This document shows positions 1 through 11,956 of a stretch of 64,000 nt of DNA, one piece after another. Position numbers and translations under genes: made by a program. Where the stretch lies: contig NW_021836307.1 of assembly GCF_006345805.1 (NCBI RefSeq), forward strand, positions 1 to 64,000, in the 5' to 3' direction. Source of the stretch: Octopus sinensis (lineage: Eukaryota). Below the pieces are notes generated by a model. It saw nothing but the letters and a program-made list of their open reading frames with translations. It did no database searches and was not told the DNA's origin. Each line of letters opens with the position of its first letter. Positions within the stretch are counted from its first letter, which is position 1.

Positions 1-113
1 AGGTGAGGCAGATACGTAAGCAATTATACAGACTAACAAATTAAATATAACAATTTGGGTTCAATATAGAAAATATATATAAATATAAATACATGCTAAT
101 GGAAAGGAACCAA

Positions 114-452
114 AGACTGAAGATTTTCAGACAATGAATATTTAAGTATAACAGATCTAACTTGCACAGAATACAAATGAGAGAGGAAATTAAAGAGGAA
201 GAGGTAAGGTGTTATAAGTCCAACAATGTTTCTGTGGAAGCTCAGAGATCCATCATAATGTTGGTAGATGTAGATCACCAAAATATGCAGCCCATTATAA
301 AAGTAAATACATTGGATAAACTAAGCCGTTTTAGATCATCAGAGCAGTTTAATTTTCTCCATCATTTGTACTCTGTGCAAATTAGGTCTATTAATATATA
401 GATATCTATAGATCTATACTTAAATATTCATTAACTGAAAATCTTCAATCTC
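114..452. mobile_element. Fold-back / MITE-like element with ~85-bp imperfect inverted arms
   Basis: About 114-195 (actgaagattttcag...cacagaatacaaatga...aaattaaa) matches the reverse complement of about 350-452. Confidence 0.55.
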
Positions 453-2122
453 TGCTGTCTTTCTGTTTTCATTCATTCATGCATGCATGCATACATACAT
501 ACACACATACATAGTATATCAAACTCATGCTGGTTTATTTTGTTTTGGGATTTGATTTGCAAGATTCTTTATGTGAGTTCGTGTGTTGAAGCATATTCTG
601 TTGTGTCTGGGGAGAGTCATTTTCTTTTGGTGCCTTATAATGTAACACACTCACCAGTACAATTTCCACTTATTCCTTATTTTTTTTTTCCTAAACTTTT
701 CGTTGCAACCTTATCTTGCAACCTTATCAATAATCTCGACTCTGTCTGTTATTTACACTGCGTTCCTTTTTGTTTGTTTGTGCGCATGTGTGTGGGTCAG
801 TGTGTATGTGTGCCTATGCATGTATGTATGTATTTATGTATGCATGTGTGTGTATGTATATATGTGTGTATGCATATGTATATATGTATGTGTGTGAGCA
901 TGTGCTTGCATATGTATGCACCTGTCTCCTTGTGTGTGTGTGTGTGTGGTTGAGTGTGTGTGTGTGTGTGTTCTGCAACTATGTACCAGGTTTGTATGTA
1001 TGGATGTTCAGCTCCATATGTGTGGATACGTGTCTCCATATGTGTCCTTGTCTGAAGTTAAGTGTGTGTGTATATATGGTCATGTTTTTCAGTCTCCATC
1101 TGCATATGTGTGCCTGTCTGTTCATATAACCTATGTACCTATCCATCTGTATGGTGATCTGTTTATTTACATATCCATATGCTTACATACATGTGCATAT
1201 ACACATATATACCCACACACACATATACATACATACACACATCTATCTACATAACAGCCCACTAACTATTCTACTCAACATGTAAATATTTAATTTGTTT
1301 ATCTGCATAATTGCCGACACACAAATACACACACACATAAATGAATAAAATCTTTTTGTGATATAGAAAGGATAACAGGTATGGGATGTTGGTGGTAAAT
1401 CTTCACTCATATGGTCAACATCATGGAAATTAGTACATGCAAGAATGGTGAAAATGTCTCCATCATGCTGGGATGAAAAGATAAATTCTATTGCAACTAA
1501 GATAGGATTTTTAACACAAGCACAAATTAAGTGTGAGATCATAATTGAATAAAGTGTTTACAGTGGTTGACTGGTACTTTATCAAAGCCCAAAATACATG
1601 GGGAATGTTAACTCCTAATGGAAATCGGACGCAGAACTTAAAGGGAGATAAGTATTTTGTTTGTTCGCATTCTGCCATCAAAGTAGAAAGGAGAAAAAAT
1701 ATTCTTTTATACTCTCAGCACAGGACAAATGCACCGGGCTCGTGCTAATGTTTAATATCGTGTTTTAAGGATAACTGATAATAATTAAATAGTGACCCAC
1801 GATAAGAACTTTAGTAGGCATCCCGGTGAGGTCTAACTGATGTATTTAGAAGCCCATAACAAACAAAAGAGGTTATTGCCAATAATGGAGTAGAGGAGAA
1901 TCCATACAAAGATTTTAGATATGAAACAGTGCTTATACACAATAGCAATGTACAAACTCAATAATAATAATAATAATGACGTTTCCTAAAATAGGCTTAA
2001 AAATTCCATGTAACCTGACACGTATCTAGTCTAGAGGATATAGCATTCTAATTAGTGGCAGAGAAGTGAAATTTTGCAAACCTTTGTGAATTGTAACCAA
2101 GTATGTGGGTGGCACGTCTATG

Positions 2123-2153
<31 letters not shown>

Positions 2154-2315
2154 ATGTATAAAAATATGTATATGCATGTATCTGTGATAGTAAATATACA
2201 CCATTTAAAAATTTCAAATTAAAAAATAAAAAAAGCAAAAATAGACTAATTAATACATATACGTATATAACATTACATAAATAATCTTAAATATCTAACA
2301 TATATATATATATAG

Positions 2316-3903
2316 ATGGAGGAATTCAAGACAGGATGCCCCTGGGAGCTCCTCTATGCTGATGACCTTGCTCTAATTGCTGAGTCACTATCAGAACTGG
2401 AGGAGAAGTTTCAGGTGTGGAAGCAAGGATTAGAATCGAAGGGCCTTAGAGTCAACCTAGCTAAAACCAAAGTCCTTATAAGTAGGAAGGTAGACAAGTC
2501 ACAAACGCCTTCAGGTAGATGGCCTTGCTCGATCTGTAGGAAAGGCATAGGTAGAAACTCTATAAGATGCACCAAGTGTAAGCTATGGACACATAAGAGG
2601 TGCAGCAACGTCAAAGGAAGGCTAACTAAGAAGATAGTTTTTGTATGTGGCAGATGCTCAGGAGCAATAAACACTGAAAATGCTCTGAGACCAACTTCCG
2701 TCACTTTCCAGGGAGAAAAACTAGAAATAGTTGATAGCTTCCGTTAACTAGGTGACCAAGTCAGCAGCGGGGGCGGGTGTGTTGAAAGTGTAACTGCTAG
2801 AGTAAGAATAGCTTGGGCAAAGTTCAGAGAACTCTTACCTCTGCTAGGGACAAAAGGCCTCTCGCTCAGAGTAAAAGGCAGACTGTATGATGCATGTGTA
2901 CGAACAGCCATGCTACATGGCAGTGAAACATGGGCCGTGACTGCTGAGGATATGCGTAAGCTCGCAAGAAATGAAGCCAGTATGCTCCGATGGATGTGTA
3001 ATGTCAGTGTTCATACTTGACAGAGTGTAAGTACCTTGAGAGAGAAGTTGGACCTAAGAAGCATCAATTGCGGTGTGCAAGAGAGACGCTTGCGCTGGTA
3101 TGGCCATGTGGCGAGAATGGATGAAGATAGTTGTGTGAAAAAGTGCCACACCCTAGCTGTTGAGGGAACCTGTGGAAGAGGCAGACCCAGGAAAACCTGG
3201 GATGAGGTGGTGAAGCACGACCTTCAAACTTCAGGTCTCACCGAGGAAATGACTAGAGACCGAGACCTTTGGAAGTATGCTGTGCGTAAGAAGACCCGGC
3301 AGGACAAGTGAGACCATAACCCATGGCCTCAGTCCACTTATGCATACCTTTCCTTCTTGGGACACAAAACTCTACTTGTGAAGACCTGTTGAGGCAAGTG
3401 AAAATCAAACTCAAAATCGATCAACATGAATGGAAATTGTAGCTGTGATACCAGTGCCAGTGGCACATAAGAGAACCATCCGAACGTGGCCGTTACCAGT
3501 GCCGCCCTGACTGGCTTCCATGCCGGTGGCATGTAAAAAGCACCATCTGATCATGGCTGTTGCCAGCCTCGCCTGGCCTCCATGCCGGTGGCACGTAAAA
3601 AGCACCATCCGATCCTGGCCGTTTGCCAGCCTCGCCTGGCCTCCGTGCTGGTGGCATGTAAAAAGCACCATCCGATTTGGCCACTTGCCAGCCTCATCTG
3701 GCACCTGTGCCAGTGGGACATAAAAAGCACCCACTACATTCATGGAGTGGTTGGCGTTAGGAAGGGCATCCAGCTGTAGGAACATTGCCAGATCAGACTG
3801 GGCCTGGTGCAGCCTTCTGGCTTCCCACACCCCAGTTGCACCGTCCAACCCATGCCAGCACGGAAAACAGACGCTAAACGATGATGATGATGATTATGAT
3901 GAT
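2316..3903 (+). mobile_element. 5'-truncated, inactive RTE-clade LINE copy with 3' UTR repeat array and (GAT)n tail
   Basis: RT motif LLYADDL, Cys-rich finger, C-terminal RRLRWYGHV..RGRPRKTW. In-frame stops at 2745-2747 and 3018-3020. TA run on both sides. Confidence 0.93.
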
Positions 3904-4030
3904 ATATATATATATATAATGTATATGTGTGTGTGTATGTATGTATATATATATATATATATACCGGAGTAAACACATAAATGTGAAACAAGGTGGAAAA
4001 AAAGAGTACTCAAATACCAGTGGTAGAGTA

Positions 4031-4194
4031 ATATGCTTTATTTAAAGCAGCAGAAAATTCAACAAAACCTGTTACTCTGAGTTTCACGTTGCCGTTCATT
4101 GGACAATTTTTGCAAAAACTGTCCGATGAACGGCAACGTGAAACTCAGAGTAACAGGTTTTGTCGAATTTTCTGCTGCTTTAAATAAAGTATAT
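4031..4194. repeat. Near-perfect 164-bp palindrome centred at 4112/4113
   Basis: Arms are reverse-complementary from 4031/4194 inward with only a few mismatches. Confidence 0.9.
4115..4161 (+). ncRNA. Minimal type I hammerhead-like motif with U4C variant core, one arm of a 164-bp palindrome
   Basis: Stem I AAAACUGU/ACAG(G)UUUU; core CCGAUGA; stem II ACG-GCAA-CGU; GAAA; stem III ACU-CAG-AGU; GUA triplet (cleavage after 4152). The mirror copy on the minus strand (about 4064-4110) has core CCAAUGA. Confidence 0.55.
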
Positions 4195-4879
4195 ATATAA
4201 GTATATATTCATGCACACAGACTATATATATGTGTATATATATATACATAGATATATATATATATATACATACACATATATATATACATACACATACATA
4301 TATATACTCACACATATGTATATAAGTACATAAACACAGATATACAGTGTGTATTTATGCATTAACACATATACAAACATATATATGGGGGCTTGTCTTG
4401 TGAGTTACTTGGTGACCTCACGAGTACTGGTGCCATATAAAAACGTACCCAGTACACTCTGTAGAGTGGTTGGTGTCAGAAAGAGCATCCATACGTACAA
4501 AACATGGCAAAATAGACACTGAATGCCATAGCACCCTGTAGGATATTCAGACCCTGTCAAACCACGCAACCCATGCAAGTACCATAATCATGATGATGAT
4601 GACAATAACATATATACAAACATTGTAACGTGTGTGTGTGAGTGAGTGTATATATTATTTATATATACAGTACTGTTCTATGATGGTAAAATCAACCAAA
4701 ATGCACTTCATCCGGTGAGAGATAAATATTATTTAATAGACTCAATACATGTTTTTATGTACTACTTATAGTTTCTTGATGACTGTGCGGAGATGGTATA
4801 CATGTTATAATCCGTTATTTGGCATGATCTCAGCACGAGAAACTATGAGTAGCACATAACAACATGTATTGTGTCTCTT

Positions 4880-4944
4880 AAATAATATATATATAGATAC
4901 ATTTATAAACATGCACACAGACATATACAAATAGCAAACACTAC

Positions 4945-4982
<38 letters not shown>

Positions 4983-5145
4983 ATATACACACACACATAT
5001 ATATATATATATACATACACACACACATACACATATATATATATACATATACACACACATATATACATATACACACACATATATACATATACACACATAT
5101 AAATATACATATACACACATACATATATATAGTATACATCCATAT

Positions 5146-5195
<50 letters not shown>

Positions 5196-5434
5196 TACAT
5201 ATATATATATCATATATATATATACATATAGATTACATATATATATATATATATCATATATGTATATATATTATACATATATATATTATATCAATTATAT
5301 ATATATATATATTATATATTACATATATATATATATATATATATCATATATATATATTAATATATTATACATATATATCATATATATATATATATATTAT
5401 ACATATATATATATATATCAATTATATAAATATC

Positions 5435-5465
<31 letters not shown>

Positions 5466-5495
5466 ATATACATAAATATATATATAATATACATA

Positions 5496-5539
<44 letters not shown>

Positions 5540-5680
5540 GTATATATATATACATATAACACACATATACGTATGGATATACATATATATATGCAAATAT
5601 ATATATATTATATATATATATATACATATATATATATAGAATGTGTACATATACATACACTATATATGTATACATAAATG
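4880..5680. repeat. Compound (TA)n/(CA)n microsatellite
   Basis: Visible directly; source of many spurious YI/CV-rich ORFs. Confidence 0.95.
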
Positions 5681-6639
5681 AATATACTCGCTAATAAATA
5701 AATAAAAATAATAAAAATGAAGAATTTATGAGAGAAACCTGATGATGACTGCAAAGAAGGAAAATATATAAAAAGTTGGAACTGTAAAATTTCTGAAATA
5801 GTGTTCCCCCCTCCTACCCAGTAATTCCTTCCCAGTTCTTCTTCAATTAGTTTACCCCATCCCCCTTCCTTTCTTACCAATTCCTTTTTCTATCTATTTC
5901 TAAGTCCCTACCACTCTGGTTCCCAGTTCTTCAGCTGGCCTTACCATTTCTTGGGGGTTTTTTTCTTCTTCTTTCTCCTTCATATCTACTAACTTTTTCA
6001 GAATTGCTGACTTCAAAAAGCAAGAAATAAACAGTTTTTCTCATTGCTTCTCTTCCCACTCTTTCACACATTCACTTCTTTAATTCCTTCATCCACTATT
6101 TTCTTCTCGTTCCAGAGAAACCAGGGAATCCGGAACAAAGTGCAACAAATGAAAATGAAATTTGATTCTCTTTCTCTTCTGGGTAGCTTAAATCACATTT
6201 TAAATTCACCTTTTTTTTTAATATATAATTTACTTTTATTTTATTTTATATTATATTATTTTAATCCATTTTTAAAATTTATCGTCTTTTGTTTTTTTTA
6301 TTTATATATTTATTTTATGTGTATTTCAAGAAATTGTCCGTATGTGTATGTGTGCATGTAGGTGGGTGTGTGTGTGCGCACACACGCATGTGTATTAACC
6401 ATGAAGGGGAAAGTAGGGGAGTTAATTGCAGAGGTTTTAAAACTATTTCAAGTCTTTCTTTATATATATATATATAATTATTATTATTATTATCATTATT
6501 ATTATTATTATTATTATGAATATGTTAAAATCATGAGTGAATGTGCGTACATTTTCCTCTGTGTGTGTGTGTGTTTGTGTGCATGTGTATTACTGAATGA
6601 ATGTGTGTTTGCACGTGTGTTGGTGATGCAGCCAAGTGT

Positions 6640-6744
6640 CTGTGAATGTGAATAGTGTACATATATTTGTGTGTATTTGTGACAGTGTATATACCTCTAT
6701 GCTACGCATATAAATACATACATACATACACACACACATTTGTG

Positions 6745-6780
<36 letters not shown>

Positions 6781-7350
6781 TATACATACATATATACACA
6801 CACATACATATATATGTATACATTCACCAACACACACAAATATATATATTGTATATATATTTTATATAAAATATTATATATATAATATATAAAATATCAT
6901 AAATATATTATATATATCATATATATATGTGTGTGTGTTATATATAATATATATATATAGACATACATAAAATATATACACATATGCGCGTATATATATA
7001 TATATTATTTATATATACATGTGTGTATATATATATATATGTAGACATACATAAAATATATACATGTGTGTGTGTATATATATATATAATTTATATATAC
7101 ATGTATATATATATATATATATATTATACGTATATATATATTGTATATAAAATATATAAATGTATGATATGTATATAATTTCATACTCATTTAAATATAT
7201 ATTTATATACACAAACATACATATGCATAAAATATACATACATACACACACACATTTACACATGCATATATGTATAAACACAAATATGTATCTATGTATA
7301 CACACACATATATATTCACAAAAACACACACACTCACACACACATACATA
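6640..7350. repeat. Compound TA/CA microsatellite just downstream of the kinase stop codon
   Basis: Visible directly. Confidence 0.95.
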
Positions 7351-7535
7351 CAAAGACATTACCTGTTACTATGATTTCTTCGTTTTTTTTTTTATAATTT
7401 TGTTGTTTTTGTTAATTATTTAATTGTCTTTTTTGTTTTGTCAATTTTTTTTACTTGCTTTTCTTCATGTTTTTTTTTGTTTTTATTTGTAATTTTTTTT
7501 TAATTATTATTTGTTTTGTATAATTTCAATAATTT

Positions 7536-7678
7536 CTAGCTTTTGGGTGCCGATGGTCGAGGTCCTCTTTGTGTAAGTCCCTCGAATCTTTTGTAAGTGT
7601 AATTAATAAACACCCAGTCCTTGTTTTTGGATTCTTTGTCCATATCTGTGGCTGTTGACTGCTGTTGAGGTGGCGAAG
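7536..7678 (-). CDS. STK38: NDR kinase terminal coding exon (143 nt incl. TAG): (P)SPPQQQSTATDMDKESKNKDWVFINYTYKRFEGLTQRGPRPSAPKS*
   Basis: Acceptor ttttcttttctgcag, phase 1. Hydrophobic motif FINYTY; stop TAG at 7536-7538. Confidence 0.95.
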
Positions 7679-7874
7679 CTGCAGAAAAGAAAACAACAGA
7701 ACAATCAGTAAATATATGAAGATCAGAGGCAAGAGAGGAAAACCACTGAAGGAAAGCATGCAACAATGTCTCCTGTCAGTGCATATAAGAGACAGAGAGA
7801 GACACAGAAATAGCTTAGTAAAGATATCCCTCCATAGTTCCTAAATTACAAGACTAATTAACACTTTGGCATTT

Positions 7875-8850
7875 AACCCTCTAGTAATTAAATTGGCCAC
7901 ATCTGGCCTAAATATTCTACTCAAACCAGCCAAGTGTGACCTAAATATAAACAATCACATCATTGATTATTTATACAAGTTCATAGGCAGGATTAATTCA
8001 AAACACTGTGAATAAACAGGTGTTACATTTGACAGAGTAATTTGAATGGTAAATTGTTTAAGAAGCCATGTCCAATCAAAATATTTTCCATAATTTCTAG
8101 ATTACAAAAGAATAATTAACCATTTAGTAAAAAAACTGGCTATATCTGGCCCAAATATTCTATCTATTTTATGTTCAAATCACCAAGGTGTGGCATCTCA
8201 CACCTATCCTACATTTTCATTCTAAAAATAAACATTCAGATTACTGAAATCTCAAAGCTATGAAATAATCTTTTCCACTATAGGCAAAAGGCCTGAAATT
8301 TTGGGGGAGCGGGTAAGTTGATAACATCAACCCTAGTGCCTGTCTGATACTTCATTTATCGAGCCGCCTGAAAGGATGAAAGGCAAAGTCGACTTCAGTG
8401 GAATTTGAACTCAGAAAGTAAGGACGGATGAAATGCTGCTGCTAAGCATGCTGTCCGCTGCACTAACAATTCTGCCTAATTCAACACAATGAGAATCAAT
8501 AAGTACGACATTTAACAGAGTAATCTGAATGGGAAATAGTTTAAGAAGCCATATCCAACCAAAATATTCTGCTTGTTTTATGTTAAGACTGGCTAGATCA
8601 GACCTCTCACATCTACACTATAATGTCTGTTGTTTTTAGCATTTAAACTGACCTCATCTGGATCTGGCCCAAATATCCTACTAGTTTTACGTTCAAACCA
8701 GCCAGATTCCCCCTCTCACAAACTATTCTACAGTTTCATTCTAAAAATAAACAATCACATCATCAACAACTTGAGTGACAAGATAATACATGGTTAATAC
8801 AATGTGAATAAAAAGGATTTACATTCAACAGAGTAATTTGAATGATAAGA
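7875..8850 (+). mobile_element. Cluster of three tandem copies of the TTAA MITE; the middle copy is interrupted by a SINE (about 8268-8477, minus)
   Basis: Repeated ggccacatctggcc.aaatattcta...ctaaaaataaacaatcacat...acatttgacagagtaat units. Confidence 0.7.
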
Positions 8851-11641
8851 GGGGTCCACATTGATTTAAGGCCTGTGGGCGACAGATATGGTATCTAAGT
8901 GACCTGCTGTATTTCTTTAGCTATGTCTCTCTCCGTTTTGGGTTCATGAGATGACAGTTTTGTGCTTTCGTTTCATTCAATAAGGTTCAATAACATTCAT
9001 ATCAGCTAAATACTGAAGATCAATTAAATCAACTGTAGATAGGTATAGTGTGGATGGTGTAGGTCGTTACTGCCCAACTATACCACCCAAACATTATCAG
9101 TGATCTTCTGCTGGTGTTAGAAATTATATTGTAAGAAACAGCGAAGTTCGCCATGATGGGCATGTGGATTAATTCCTCGATAGATCTTGCCATTATCTCC
9201 CTTAAAACAAATTTAGAATTATCTTTCCTTGAATAGTCACCATTACCTCCCTTCAAATTATATCGTCCATATTTGTGTGTGTGTAGAGAGAGAGAAAACA
9301 ATGGCAAACAGACAGACAAGAATCAGGGATAAATGCAACATTTTAGCTGGAACTGATGCAAATAATGACATAATTAATGCCGCCTAATTGAATTAGATTC
9401 AATTAATTTCTTTTATTTATGAATTAAATGAAATTAATTAAAAATTTGTCAGTCCTTTCATCGCTATTCAGTTCAGGTCACGTCATTGATGAGGTTGCAA
9501 ATAGCAGCGAAAGGGCTTTGACAGACAACCAACCAACCATTTGGTTGTTTAACCAACACATTAAACAGACAATCGATTAGTTAATTAGATATTTAATTAA
9601 TTAAATGAGAAACAAGTGAGATTTAACCTATGTGTGTGTTTGTTATTATTGGCATGATGACCTTCCCAAGACATGAATTAAAAACTTTCTATCAAAGATG
9701 GAGATTGGGGTTTCTATGTTCGAGTTAACACTGCTCCAGCTGGGCTGTTACTACAAAGGCAATTATGCAAACATCCAGGAACAAGGTATAGCCCACAGTA
9801 AAGTCCTTGCAATTCTGAATGATGAAACTTCAGCCTGTTTAGGGACCATGTTGTGCAGTTTGTCAAGATAGTAATTTCATTACATTAAGGCCTAACAAGG
9901 GAATATCAATACATCACTAATCAATCAGAAATGATTACTGCATCAGGCCAAATCAATATTTAACCCTGTGTACTGTGGAAATCAGATATATCCACTCAAA
10001 ATTTTATTGCCTTTAACTGTGGAAAACAATTTTATAGACCAGTCTATCTTTCGTTGAAGAATTTCACGTTTGAATCTATTTCTTTTTGAGATGTGTCAAG
10101 TTTACTGAGGCAAGATGACCTACAGGGAATACAAGTTCTATTTTATGGTAACCATGATATTTATTTTTTGCAGTTAAAGGGGTAACCATTTGCTGACTAT
10201 CATCTGGACTTTCAGTGGGTGTCATTTGGCTACGTGTCTCTATGTATATTAGAAGAAGAGGAACAAGTAGAGTTTCCCAAACTATCAAGTGTGAAAGATA
10301 CATCCATAAAAAAGTAAGAACACTGGCAAATCAATCAAGATGATTTCGTCCTGAAAATTGCTACATAGTTTGCTTCTTTGCTTTTTCTTTCTTTGATTTT
10401 AACACAGCATGAATGTCACAGCTCCCCTTTTCTTCACCTTGGATATATAGAGATTTGTTTCTCACTGTCACCCTCATAAATGTTGTTTAGCAGAAATTAT
10501 GCCATTGGATAATTATAATCAACAACACTGTGGTTTGCAACTGCAACAGAAATGTTTTTTTTTTTAATATATATTCATGGCTCATATAAAGGCTCTTGTA
10601 GCATTTACAGGTTCTTCTCTGAAACTTTTCTATATTGATAATTATATATAAAGCCCCATTGAGCGTGGCCAATGTCAGTGCCACCTGACTGGCTCCCATG
10701 CTGTTGGTGTGTAAAAAGCAATATCCAAGAGTGGTCATTGCCAGTGCTGTCTGACTGGCCCCTGTGCTGGTGGCCCATATCAAACACGCACTACACTCTC
10801 GAAGTGGTTGGCATTAGAAAGAGCATCCAGCTGTAGAAACCTTGCTAGAACAGATTGGAGTCTTGCCAATCATCAGTCAAACCATCCAACCCATGCCAGT
10901 ACAGGGAGCAGACATTAAAAGATGATGATGAGGATTAGTAAAAAGTCAATGCCAGTTCAGAAGTAGCTAGAAATCATTCTAGCTTTACAGGATCAAATGA
11001 AGAACAGCTTCGTTACTTAACTCACTGATTCAGCTTCTATAATCGTTTTCATTCAATGGCCAAGTCAGTATTGCTTCTAACACAATTTGCTCGCTTCAGG
11101 ACAGCATTGCAGTCATTTGACATAGCTATATCAATTATTAACCCATTTGTTACCACATTTCTCATATTTCTATTGTTATGCACTGCCCTTGTTGCAATTA
11201 ATTTCAAAAATAATAAAAAATTTAGTAAAATAACTGTCGTTATTAAGCTGGCATATGGAAGATAAATGAGCAAGAAATTATAATGGAACATTTGGATTTA
11301 GATCGCTTTAAAACAGGAAGTTAGTATCAGAAAACAGGTTCGTATGAAAAATGTTAAAGTACTAATTGCAAATTTTGTCTTGAAACCCTCTCTGTTAGGA
11401 GGCACAAACACTTACACGCACATGTACACACACAACAGGAACTTCTGTCTACCAAATCCAATGAAAAGGCTTTGGCCGGTCTGAGGCTTTAGCAGAAGGC
11501 ACTTGCCCAAGATGTCATGCAATAGAACATTATTACTTACGTTAATCGGTCATATAGCTAAAATTCTTCAAGGGTTTCAAATTACTTTATTTTCTAAAAG
11601 AAACAAAGGTTCTTTCAAGAACCGCAACACTTAGCTATGTA

Positions 11642-11682
<41 letters not shown>

Positions 11683-11773
11683 GCATATGTATATATAAAT
11701 ATCAGATTTGCTACATTACTAACTCCAAAACAAGGGGTAATGTGAGACACTCAGAGAGGCTGTGAAGCTCCTA

Positions 11774-11956
<183 letters not shown>

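Noticed and set aside
170-203. Possible plus-strand micro-exon (cag|...GAG|gtaagg)
   Set aside because: Lies within the arm of a fold-back repeat, and no partner exons were identified.
483-1254. Long ORFs rich in C/V/Y/M/H/T (also at 4.8-7.4, 14.3-14.9, 31.3-32.1, 53.4-54.4 and 59-61 kb)
   Set aside because: Translations of TG/CA/TA microsatellites, which lack stop codons; no protein signal.
1790-1940. ctgatg...gaaac spacing suggestive of another hammerhead
   Set aside because: The core reads CUGAUGU and no supporting stems could be drawn.
3440-3735. CRISPR-like appearance of ~25-bp conserved motifs with intervening sequence
   Set aside because: Eukaryotic context, spacers are homologous to each other, no cas genes; it is a LINE 3' UTR tandem array.
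6116-6165. Possible terminal exon of a convergent plus-strand gene (pyrimidine tract, cag|AGAAACCA...KPGNPEQSATNENEI*)
   Set aside because: Only a plausible acceptor and 16 codons, with no upstream exons or homology. It could equally be kinase 3' UTR. Needs RNA-seq.
9029-9319. 96-aa minus-strand ORF in the last kinase intron as an alternative exon
   Set aside because: No kinase-like similarity and no convincing in-phase splice sites.
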